A DNA stretch of 57,771 bases, filler included, from Sluysia triapertura (Eukaryota): NCBI GenBank assembly GCA_046118255.1. It is 4 parts of 4 records of this genome, joined end to end, with 100 filler letters (N's around TTAATTAATTAA, not from the genome) between each part and the next. Parts side by side here need not be neighbours in the genome. Positions count along the whole stretch, not along the records: positions 1 to 13,321 come from JBJNIA010046569.1; positions 13,422 to 32,545 come from JBJNIA010093120.1; 2 more parts are not named here. One strand, given 5' to 3'. Both the position numbers and the translations under genes were made by a program. Under the pieces are notes generated by a model that saw only the letters and a list, made by a program, of their open reading frames with translations, was not told the DNA's origin and searched no databases. Shown here one piece after another: positions 10,741 through 21,600 of the stretch (position 1 is its first letter; the number at the start of each line of letters is the position of its first letter).

Positions 10741-11502
10741 AAGTTTCCACAAATCTGATATCACTGATTGAGTTGGCGCGCCAGTGTATCAAGCTGTCCT
10801 TGGAGTCGTCATTTAACATTTACAAGGATCATTCTTTCCAGAGTCCCACTTGAATACTGGGCATCTGTTACTATCTTAGTTCTATCAGAATTTCATTTTG
10901 GAGCATTCTACTGCGGAATTTCCAATCCAATGTATACTGTTTGGGTACTCTTTTTTCTCTCAGTGTTATTTCTTGCAGTATTTATTGTATGCATATTTTC
11001 TCCTTTTCTACCTTTGAATTCATTTTTCGGGCATCCCTAATTTGTACAAAATGTTTTCTTCCTCTTCTGGGTGTTTAATTTTATTTTGTCCCTGCTTTGT
11101 AATAATACAAACACTCAATTGTTTCTCTTTTTATTTAATTATAATTCGACAACAATTTCCCTCTTACGCTTCCAATTTCGTTTTTGCAATTTTAAAAATA
11201 AAATACAAATTTTGTTTTCTTTCTCGTTTACGTTTGCTTAACATACTCCCCTCTCCTTTTCATTCATTTTTGTACATGTTTTTGTATGATGATATGCCTG
11301 TAATCCTCAGAGTTTATATCTCTTGTTATGCAGCAGAAGTGGCAGCAGCAGCATGAGCCAGTTTTTAGAACAATGTTGACTTTCACAAACATTAACAAAC
11401 ATTTTTGTGATCCCCATAATTTTGCCTTATTTATACATATAATTATTATGCGATTGTCTATATGTAAAACCTGTTATGCTGTTGAAATAAATGTTTTAAA
11501 TT

Positions 11503-11554
11503 CATCGAACTGCGCAGCGAGGGATTCCGGGTTCGATTCCCAGTCAGTCTAACA
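11503..11554 (+). mobile_element. 5'-truncated copy of the tRNA-derived element (copy 2)
   Basis: CATCGAACTGCGCAGCGAG...GGTTCGATTCCCAGTCAGTCTAACA followed by an (AAT)n-like tract. Confidence 0.8.
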
Positions 11555-11763
11555 ATGATAATAATAATAATGATAATGATAATAGTAAGAAAGCTTCGGA
11601 GAAAGAGTTTAAAAATATGAAAGAAATATATCATCACTTTTAATTAGCAAGTAGATAATTTGTTAGGTATCAGAAATTAACTATAATTTCGTATCAGTGG
11701 AAATTTTATTGGTTCTTTCAATCCAACTGTCGTAATATAAATAAAACTATCTTTCTAGCTTAC

Positions 11764-11866
11764 TTTGTTGACAAAAATATCCAGAACTCCAACTTCGTAC
11801 GATCTGATCATCAATTGGGTATTTCGTTTTTCCAGAACACCCCAGGCCGCTTTGGATAAGTTGGCA
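11764..11866 (-). CDS. TDP1: Tyrosyl-DNA phosphodiesterase 1 C-terminal exon (fragment, possibly pseudogene)
   Basis: Flanked by TTTCAG| and |GTAAGC. Encodes (S)[28 protein letters not shown], near-identical to the TDP1 signature [22 protein letters not shown]. Confidence 0.85.
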
Positions 11867-13321
11867 CTGAAAATATAAATAAGAGAAAACTACTAAAAAT
11901 ATAAAATAAATACTCACTACTTACTCAAGTTAATATTATTATTAAAACTGAGTATATCATTGCTGATGGAAAACAACGAAGAATAAAACAATAAAACAAT
12001 AAAAATGGATTAATGCAAACACAATTTTAATGGTGATCGATAAACCTCGACACGACTTGGACGTCGTGAGTTCTCGAGCACCATCGCGCAATTCGATAAA
12101 TTGTCTGAGCCACGACTCGTCTTCTGATAAGATAGCAGTCAAAGACAAATTATTCTCTACTTCTTCTTTTGACGTCAATAGATCTAAGTACCATAAAATA
12201 GCTTATTAATTGGCAATACTGACACCAACTTCGTGTGCTCATTTGTAGTTTGTATGTGCTATAATTAAGACCTCTTATAACATCATAAAAATAAGCTTTG
12301 TTTACGTACTCGTTTTGAAAACCATTTATAAGTAATTTATAACTAATTGGTTGAACTCTATCATGAATTTTAAGTGGACTATCTTGCCTGCATTTTCATT
12401 TGTTACAATCTTCAGTTCTGTCATTCAAATACTTGACAATATAACGTAGAAGCTCATTCGAAGTAGCTCTTTCCATTTAAATTTGTTTATCTATGCTAAT
12501 TTCATCAATTAATTAATAAATCTACTTTGATCTTCGTTATAATTTTATTAATTTTTTAATAATATTTTATAATTGTTATAAATGTTTTAGAAATAAAAAT
12601 GAATGTCATAAAATGGAAAAATAATAATGATGATACAATAACAATAAGAGAATAAAATAAAGAATGGAACAGTACTAATAAAAGGATGGAAACAATAATG
12701 ATTTTAACAACAATGATGCGATAATAACAATTTTAATAAAAATGACACTACTATTGAAATTCGTATTGTTATTATGCTGCAATTGCGTTGTTATATGGTG
12801 TGCAGATTGTTTATTTCAGTTTATTTAAATTGTGCTATTCAGTGATTATTTGGTGAGTATGTTAAATTGTGTTGAAGCTTGTTCATGATTTTGCTTATAA
12901 GGAATGTGTTATTTTGTGTTTATGTTTATTATTAGAGTCGAATACATAATAGCATTCTCAGTTTAAAAAATGATTACTGAAGAATTGAAGATAAAAACAG
13001 CCACCAACATTCTGTACAAAATATTTACAAGCTAAACACACCGTGATTCACAACACAGCCGTTCAGTTGGCACCTTTTATATCCCTTGATGCATTTCTAT
13101 TTTTACAATTTCAGAACTTAAAACTTCATTCATCTAATCGATAGCATTCAACAGGCCCTTAGAGGAGCGATGAATGAATTTCTCTCATAAAGAACAGTGC
13201 ATTTTATGAAGTCGAGTATCTATTATACTTGTTTTCTTGTACGTTGTTTGGTTTTTATTTTATATATACTTTTTCACCATGCACACTGTTCATTACTAAT
13301 ATAATTCTGAATTATATATTG

Positions 13322-13421
13322 NNNNNNNNNNNNNNNNNNNNNNNNNNNNNNNNNNNNNNNNNNNNTTAATTAATTAANNNNNNNNNNNNNNNNNNNNNNN
13401 NNNNNNNNNNNNNNNNNNNNN
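13322..13421. other. Artificial contig spacer (44N-TTAATTAATTAA-44N)
   Basis: Identical 100-nt construct occurs three times; TTAATTAATTAA places stops in all six frames. Confidence 0.97.
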
Positions 13422-14205
13422 ATAATAACGTTATTATTATTAGTATTATTATTTTTATTGTGTACCATTGTAACGATTAATTTATTAAATTATCAGCTTT
13501 GTAACTACCACTACCAGTGGTGACATTATTGATTCACAATCACAATTTATCGTCACTACTGATAGTGATAGTGTGTCTAGCTAATGTATGGATTCTATAT
13601 TGCTCAATCTGTTATCAGTCGGCAGACATTTATTCAATTAATGTTATTTAACTAACTGTCGACCGATGACAGTTCATTACACACATAATCGTCCATGTAA
13701 ATTATTGTTGAATATTTTACTGGCTGCCCAATTGAGATTATTCATATTGTTTGCTTTTTGGGCAGCCACTGGAATGTACAAGAGTCATCATCAAAAATAT
13801 TTACAAGATTATTATTATTAAAAAGAGAAACTTAATTGTCAACTTTTAGAATTTCAAAAAAACACCATCCAGATACTTTATTAGTTTAGCTTTTTGGTAA
13901 CTTTTAGTATCTAAAAAATTTAATTTAATCGTAAAACAAACATCAAATGGCTCTGAGGTATCAACAAAATAGAATGAGTAAATCAAAATCTTGGACAAAG
14001 ATAATGAATTGCATGTTAATCCTTGAATTGCATATCACGGTAACCGAAAGAATTAATGATAAAGTCAATTTCGAATTTACTACTCTACGATCCGTAATTG
14101 TAACTGATAGTCAGTGTACAACCTAAATGTATAAAGGACAAATAAATAAATGCCGAGAGAAGTGATTTAACTATTACCTCTTTAATTTCAGACGAAAACA
14201 ATATT

Positions 14206-14763
14206 ATGTCTGATATAGAAGATTTAGAAAATAATGGTACATATTTTGATGAAAACAATGTTAATCGAGTTCAAGGATACAATTTGACAAAATTACGATA
14301 TTATGAATTTTTTAGAAGAACTTTGAAGCAATTTGATTCATATGTACAAGAAAATTTAATTAAATTCAAACCAAATGCTGATAGTCAAAAGAATATTCGT
14401 GTTGATTGTATTTGGGCCGAAACAAGTAAAGTGATTCTAGCCAAGCATGAATGTGATATATTTAAACGAAAGATTGAAGTAAATGTATATCGTTATAATT
14501 ATTTCAAAACTAAGAAAAAACGAATTTTTGTGTTTTATATAAATATGTGGATGAATGACGTTCATAGTTGTACTCTGTTAAGATCAAATATTAATATTGA
14601 AAACGAATTAAAGATTATTTATAAATGTTATAAGTTAAGTAATAATGACTTATCCTTTTATTGTTATATATTTGTTAAATATAATTCTAATGTTGCATTA
14701 ATAAATTTACAAGATGACTTAATTATGTTGGAGATAAAAAAACGAATTCAACATTACCTTTAG
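14206..14763 (+). CDS. Hypothetical protein (185 aa ORF), possibly the 5' part of the CCCH gene
   Basis: Long ATG-initiated ORF with ordinary protein composition in ~75% AT DNA. Confidence 0.5.
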   Translation: MSDIEDLENNGTYFDENNVNRVQGYNLTKLRYYEFFRRTLKQFDSYVQENLIKFKPNADSQKNIRVDCIWAETSKVILAKHECDIFKRKIEVNVYRYNYFKTKKKRIFVFYINMWMNDVHSCTLLRSNINIENELKIIYKCYKLSNNDLSFYCYIFVKYNSNVALINLQDDLIMLEIKKRIQHYL

Positions 14764-14817
14764 CTAGTTTGTCAATCTATAGGTTCGAATCCCCTGAATT
14801 TTTCATTCAGCTGTAGC

Positions 14818-15092
14818 ATGCTTAATAAAGATCAGTTTTCAAAAGAGAAGATAGCCAAAACTGATACTTCGACTATCGATACTCAATTGATACGATCTGA
14901 TCTAGTCAATGAATCACGAAAATTCAAGTCTGGTTGGTGCCTTTACGCTACGACTCTAGAGGGACTATGCACAAAATATGGAAATAACTGTGTATACGCT
15001 CACAATGTAGATAAACTTAAGGACAACTCTCCTTGGATGGAATGCTCAATACATCATTACCACCGAATCCAGCAATTCATTTCATCTTTAAA
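14818..15092 (+). CDS. CCCH zinc-finger-containing exon
   Basis: RKFKSGWCLYATTLEGLCTKYGNNCVYAHNVDKL: C-x9-C-x6-C-x3-H with a (R/K)(Y/F)K(T/S) lead-in and AH motif, as in TIS11/unkempt-type fingers. Confidence 0.7.
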
Positions 15093-16039
15093 AGTAAACA
15101 TAATTTCTTACTTTGACTATAATTATGTAATAGTATTTTATCATCCTTTAATAATTTTTAGACAAATGAAATAGGCCAAGGAAGTTACGTGCAAATTACA
15201 AATTCGAAAATTAAAGAACAGTACATTTTTTAGAAGAAATATAAAATAATTAATATAAAAATAAAATAATAAATATAAAAAATAATTATGTCTATTTTTC
15301 AATTAATGTTATAATAATTTATAAAATAAATTTATAAATAATTTATAAAATAAGAAATTTTCGTATTATCATTTGAATTCAAAATAAATATATTATTTTT
15401 CAATAAAAAATTTTATAAATCATGAATTTTATTACAACAGTTATTGAAATAATAGAAACAATTTTAGAAATTCAAGTTGCTGAAACTATTGACATCAGAT
15501 TAGAAGAACAATTAGTAAATATGTATAATTATAATAATCATAAAATTTCTAATAATGAGGCTATCTGGGCCATTAAGTAGATAAAATTAATTAATTTTAA
15601 TAATTAATAAAAAAATTAATGATCTAATAAATAATCTGAAATGGAAAAATACATTTCAAGATTAGACATTTTCTGACACAAGTTCAAGTTGAAGATGATC
15701 CAATCCAATAAGCGATATTATTTCAATCATAAAATAACTTTTCTGTGAACTCTTTCAAATTTACCAGATTGTACAAAGTGCTTTACTCATTTTAATTACA
15801 GAATAAACATTTTGCTTTTCTTGCAAATAATCAAACACATATTTCTTTAATTGGGTGCACAAAAATAAATTACATTCTTATTATTATGCTTTATAGAAGT
15901 TAAAATTATTTTATTAGTTATTAAAAGATTGATCGTGACATTTTGTTACCAATATGATTTATATGCATTATTATTATTATTTAAATAAATTATTATTGTA
16001 AAATTCAATTTCTACTATAATTAAGTTAATAAATCTAAC

Positions 16040-16315
16040 ATTTTTTAAATATGTAAAAACATCATCTTCATTACACCATTTAAGTGAAACATTAACACTT
16101 TGAGCATATTTAATTAAATCGATTGATAAATCGTGTGTTGGAGTAAAGCATTGACAAGTTTCTATCATTATTCTTTGCATTTCATCGTTTAAACAATCGT
16201 CTCGTGTGTATTTCAAAAATTCTTTCGATATCGGAATTTTATTCACATCGATTACTGAGGAAAAATTAAAATACAGTTCAACGATTCTGTATCTTTTATT
16301 ATCCGTTGTTAATTT
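16040..16315 (-). CDS. DEG/ENaC channel exon (cysteine-rich thumb region)
   Basis: TTTAG acceptor at 16316-16317 and GTTAGA donor at 16039. Phase 0, in frame with the 18401 exon. Encodes YTRDDCLNDEMQRIMIETCQC. Confidence 0.75.
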
Positions 16316-18400
16316 CTAAATAAATATTTTTTGGAATTTGGATTATTGTTTTATCATTATATAGATCAAAATTCAAAATAATGAAATAAGTCTATTGCTA
16401 ATTTTAAATTCACCAAAAATATTTTCTAGATATTTTTACTAAACATGTATAATTCAATTTTTTATTAAAATTCTTACAATTCGTAGAAGAAACTTGTAAT
16501 AATGATTTAACATTTAGTGTAAAATTAAAATATTTAACTTCTATAAGAAAAGTTTAATATAATAAATTGCATAATTTGTTACGATATTTTTCCAAGATTT
16601 TAATATGGACGATTTTAAACTATAAAAATGGTTTTAATTTGCAACAAGGTTTTTAATTCGATTCGTAAAAATGAACCAAAACTTTTCCGAAAGATTTTAA
16701 TTTCATATAATTTTTAATTGATTACACAAAATCTTTCAACAATCTGAATTTATATTTAAATTACAAATGATAAAAAACAGAAAAAATAATAGAGATAATA
16801 ATAATTTAAACAGATTATCAAGATAATTTCAAGCTATATTTTAGAAAAATATTTTGCTCAGCTACCTTATTTAAAGAGTAGCTATGAAAAATTGACAAAA
16901 TGACTTTACAAGATGCAACGTTAAAAGTTGCGTAAAACTTATCAAAATTAAACTAACGAAATGAAAATAAGTTGTGTTGGATCCCATCTACATAGTGCAT
17001 AAATTAATGACTTAATATGATTTACATTAATGATATTATTTTGATTTACATTAATAACATTCATCATTTAATTCTGGTATTTTATATTATTTATTGTTAT
17101 ATATTTTTTAATTTATGATTTCATAAATATTATAAAATATTTAATATTATTTCTATTATAAAAATAAAAATAATTTTTCTAGAAAACAAATTAAAAAACT
17201 ATAATAAATTTTTGATTTAAATTTGTTTAAATCAATCAATTTTAAAAATAATAAGAACAAATGACAATATAGCGAACTGTATTATATAAACAAGTACAAT
17301 TTGGAATTACTCGCCATAAAATTGCAAATGAATTTTATTCGGACTTAAAACAAGAAGTTCGATTTTTCTGAAGTCAACGTCACATCCATGCAAAAGTAAT
17401 TTCATATTGTTTAAGTTTTATGTAACTCTAATTTTAATATAATAGGGTTTTCTGAAATCGAGGCATTAAGCTTAAGTTGTTAAATTTATTATTATTATAC
17501 ATCTTGTTACGATGTTTTTACTTGTAGTTAATAAAGTATTAGGATAATTTGGATTTTATTATTATTAATTAAAATCTTTATTATTTTGGTCAGACCGTAA
17601 CATAAAACAATATTACACTTATCAGACCGTAAAAAGGCTGACTTAAATTACAAAAATTCAATTTCAGTGAGAAATATAACTTTTATTTTACGCACTGATC
17701 GTAAGTATTCATATTTTGAAGGAAGTAATTTAAATTTTTTGTACAGTGATATAAACATTCGGTAAGTTATAAATTATCGGTAAAAGATAATTGCTCTCTT
17801 TTGTAAATCTAATTAGAATGTCTTCACCCAGATATAATTAGTCGGACTAACCTCAGAACCTGTTCATTTTGCAAGTTAGCAGTTGTAAGCTTTGTAATTG
17901 AACAAATAGAGCTACGGGTCAATAAAAAAATTAAGGCATTAAGGTTTTCTTATTAAATAGTAAAAATATGATCTTGAAGGTCAAAATAAAAAATTTCTTA
18001 AAACAAAATTTATTTTTATAATCCAAAAAATTCCTTTAAAATTTTATTATAATAATTATATTAAAATAATTTGAAATTAATTTAATACTTACTTAATTTT
18101 TAAAGTATTATTTTCCACAATATTAAATTAACAATCAATAATTAAAAAAACGATTATATTAAAATCAATAATTTTACAATTGTGTATTAATGTGTACAAA
18201 GTCAATTTACTATTCAATTTACAAATTATCATGTGTTACTATGTATATTTACATTACTACGTAATAATAATTATATTATTTGCATTATTAACTTTTACAT
18301 TTTTAGCTGATATTTAAATCACAAATCTGTACAGTTGAAAAGTGATTGATACTAAATAATATTTATTTAGAAATAATTTAATGAAAATATTATAACTAAC

Positions 18401-19143
18401 TTTAATGCATGGTTTCTTTGGTAAATTCAACCGATTTGTTTCTTTTGTAGTAGTTTTAATAACAAAATTACTTGTATATATATCAACGATGGCGGCTGTA
18501 GTTAAAATAGGTCTAGTGTCCGGTGGATGAATTTGTATACGATAAGATTCTTCACGAATCATTCCTGATGTACTAGTGTGACTGAATCCTATGCCAGTAA
18601 TGCTATTGAAGAGAATTTTCAATTCGATTTTACCAGATTTTGATAAGGCACGCTCGGATATGTTTTTATTTTTCATGTACAATTTTAAATCAAATGTAAA
18701 ACATTTCTGATAATAAGGATCCATGTATTCATGAAAATCTCTGAAATCACACCTTTCATTGTTTACATCGCAATAAAATAACAATGTTTCAATTGGTAAA
18801 TAAAGATTTAATTTTCTTTGATAATACAATTTCATTATTTCAGCGTAAATCATTGGTGATTTTTTGTGTTGATAATTTTCATACCTTTCCATGACTATGC
18901 TTTGTACCATTGGAACGACTTTATTTATGTAGAATGTAAAAGTAGTATTGTAACGTTTTATATAAGCTTCTGGCATAGATTCATTAAATAGTTCATATAT
19001 AAAATTAAATACACTTTGACAAAATGTGACGTGTGGAAAATCGTCAACGCTTGATTTAATTTCTGTAATTTCAGTATTTATTGGAGTTTCGTAAAATCGA
19101 CCAGCTACGTCTTGTAAGTGATAATATAATCCAAATATTGATC
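18401..19143 (-). CDS. DEG/ENaC (amiloride-sensitive channel family) exon: end of TM1 and extracellular domain
   Basis: Open from the AG acceptor at 19144-19145: SIFGLYYHLQDVAGRFYETPINT..FPHVTFCQ (FPAVTxCN motif), DPYYQKCFTFD (GNCxTFN-like), RIQIHPPDTRP, RLNLPKKPC. GTTAGT donor at 18400. Confidence 0.88.
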
Positions 19144-19716
19144 CTATTTTGTTTAATAATTATAATGATAAATGACAAATTAATTAATTAAATTTTATAT
19201 ATGCATCTAAACATTTTGTAATTAAAAGAATTTAAAACTTGAAACATTTCTAAACAAAGGCTAAACTGTTTTAATAAATGCAATTGGTGGAATGATATCA
19301 GTGAAAACTATTTGTAAGATGTAGTAAAAATTAAAGTGCGATTTAGAAACCTTATCTATCACCACTTTTCGTATTATAATATTTTAATAATTTTTTAGTT
19401 TTCGTTAGTTTAAATTTTTAGTTACTTTAATCTTCAAAGAATTGCAGAGAAAGCTGTCAACCTATTTCAAAAGCAAGAAACGTAACCATCGTTTAGATCC
19501 ATGGAAGGACCCGCGATCTTTTGGAAATCCACTAAATAGATCAGGGAACTGGTTATCGCACTCACTGACAGCTACAGTCCTTGTGGAGAAGGCAGTATTT
19601 TATTTTTAAATAAAAAATGTAATTTGTAATTGGTGACAAATAAGTTAGAAAGTATCTGGTCATTTAATTATAAGTAGTATTAAAAAAACTGTAATTTTAA
19701 TATAATTTACTGAATA

Positions 19717-20994
19717 CAGTGAACTCTCGATATCTTAGCGCGGATTTTCCATGGGTAATATTTAGAATATGCATAATTGCTTAAATAAATACTCATCTAT
19801 TTATTTTAAGTACTATTTTAATTTATTGATTTACCCGTATGTATTGTTTATTATTCTTTAGGTTTAAAATACCTTATGATAATTAAAATTAAATTTCTTT
19901 TAGAAAAATACCCTATTGCAAAAGAATCATACTGACTGTGAAACAAAAACTTCAGTTAATTGAAATAAGTGAAAATGGTAAATCCACATCGAAACTTTCG
20001 GCAGAATACGGAGTTGGTGCTCAAACAGTTCGCGATATAATTAAGCAAACAAGAGATTGTGAAAGTAATGCAGCTCCTTCAACTCGGAAAAGTATGAAAA
20101 TGTCGTCATATGAAGATTTAGATACAGCTATACTTAAATGGTTTAATCAAAGGAAGGCCAATTACAGGCTCTATAATTGCACATGAAACCAAATTCTTTT
20201 ATGATTCTTTTATGATTGGGATTAAAAGACGACTTTAACGCATCTTCTGGATGGCTAACCATGAGCTCCTTGTCATCCAAATGAAAGCATACTGAAAACA
20301 GACGACGACCGTGTAGCTACAATATTTTTACCACCTAATATAACATCTTGAATTCAACCTATGAATCAAGGAATTAGGTCTTTAATTAGATCTTTAATTA
20401 TCGGAATGATCTCCTTAGAAGCTTTTGCAACGAGAATGATGATTTAATGAATTTATAGAAAAAAAATGATAATGTTGGATGGAGCTGTTAAGCCAATAAC
20501 ACTAGTTCGATCGTTACTGAAAATTTCGGACTCTATTGAACCTGGGATATGTAACATTTCAGAATTATGTGAACTAATGAAAAATTTAAATGGTATTGAA
20601 AATTTTGATGACCAAAATATTGAGTAATGGATGGAATTTGATTCATCTGATCCAGGATTCCAGATGCAGAGTGACACTGATATTATTTCAAATCTAATTT
20701 CAAATCCAAATGAAAATGAAAGTGGGACAGAAAGTGAGGTAGAAGACATTACCAATCGTATTAGTCACGACACAGTTCACACTTTACTAGAATACATCGA
20801 TAAATGGAGCTTCATGGTGAAATTAAAAGGTCATTGAGAAATTCACTTAAACAAATCAAAATTACCGATTTTTTAATAACGCATTTAATGTATTTTCATT
20901 GTTTTTGTATTATACTAGTATTTTTTTATTATTATATTGCAGATTATCCGTGCCGACCCTCACCATTATTAGCCCGAATAATCGGGGTTTACTG
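19717..20994 (+). mobile_element. Tigger/pogo (jerky-like) DNA transposon, internally deleted and degenerate
   Basis: Imperfect TIRs TA|CAGTGAACTCTCGATATC and ATAATCGGGGTTTACTG. HTH-psq/CENP-B HTH (KQKLQLI..YGVG.QTVRDI..DLDTAILKWF..FNASSGWL) and DDE motif FLPPNITS.IQPMNQGI. Confidence 0.9.
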
Positions 20995-21459
20995 CATAAT
21001 TGCTTCTCAAAGCGTATATAAAAATAAAATAAAAGTACAAATGTGCCAAAATATTATTTTCATATTGAAAATAAATTTATAAATATTATAATTATTTGCA
21101 TAAATAATAATTTACTATTATATCAAATATTATTTATAATTAATCACGATTTTTATATGACAAATCTGAAAATAAATAGTACTGTCTTAATAAAGAAATT
21201 TATGGTAAAATCTTTTGATATTAAATGAAAAATTACTTGGAAAATAAATTAAAATTATGCGATATACGTTTAATAAGTACACGGATTAGACAAAAAAAAT
21301 AAAAGGTGAAGAGCAATAATAAGAATATGAAAGAAATATCATTCATTATTCCATCATTCCAATAAATCAAGAAATGCATTTTGAAGAAAATATTAGACTA
21401 TTTGGAATGATAATCTTTCGTGAACTGATTGATCCATTTATGTAATATAAAATCAGTTC

Positions 21460-21600
21460 ACTCTTTACTTGGCGTAAAACCAAAGCTATCATAATTCATT
21501 ATTCAAGTACTAAATTTGAAAACATACCAGTGGGGAATAATCAATAAATAGTACATTCAAACAAACTATCCTTAAACTACCTAGGGTATATTACCTAAGA
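21460..21600 (+). mobile_element. Possible LINE reverse-transcriptase C-terminal fragment
   Basis: KTKAIII...IPVGNNQI...NYLGYI resembles NxxKTK...IxxVxxFKYLG; frameshifted. Confidence 0.35.

Noticed and set aside
10770-10783. LTR primer-binding site (TGGCGCGCCAAC, minus strand)
   Set aside because: No adjacent LTR or gag could be identified.
13366-13377. TTAATTAATTAA as a biological palindrome or piggyBac site
   Set aside because: Embedded in symmetric N runs three times; a synthetic linker.
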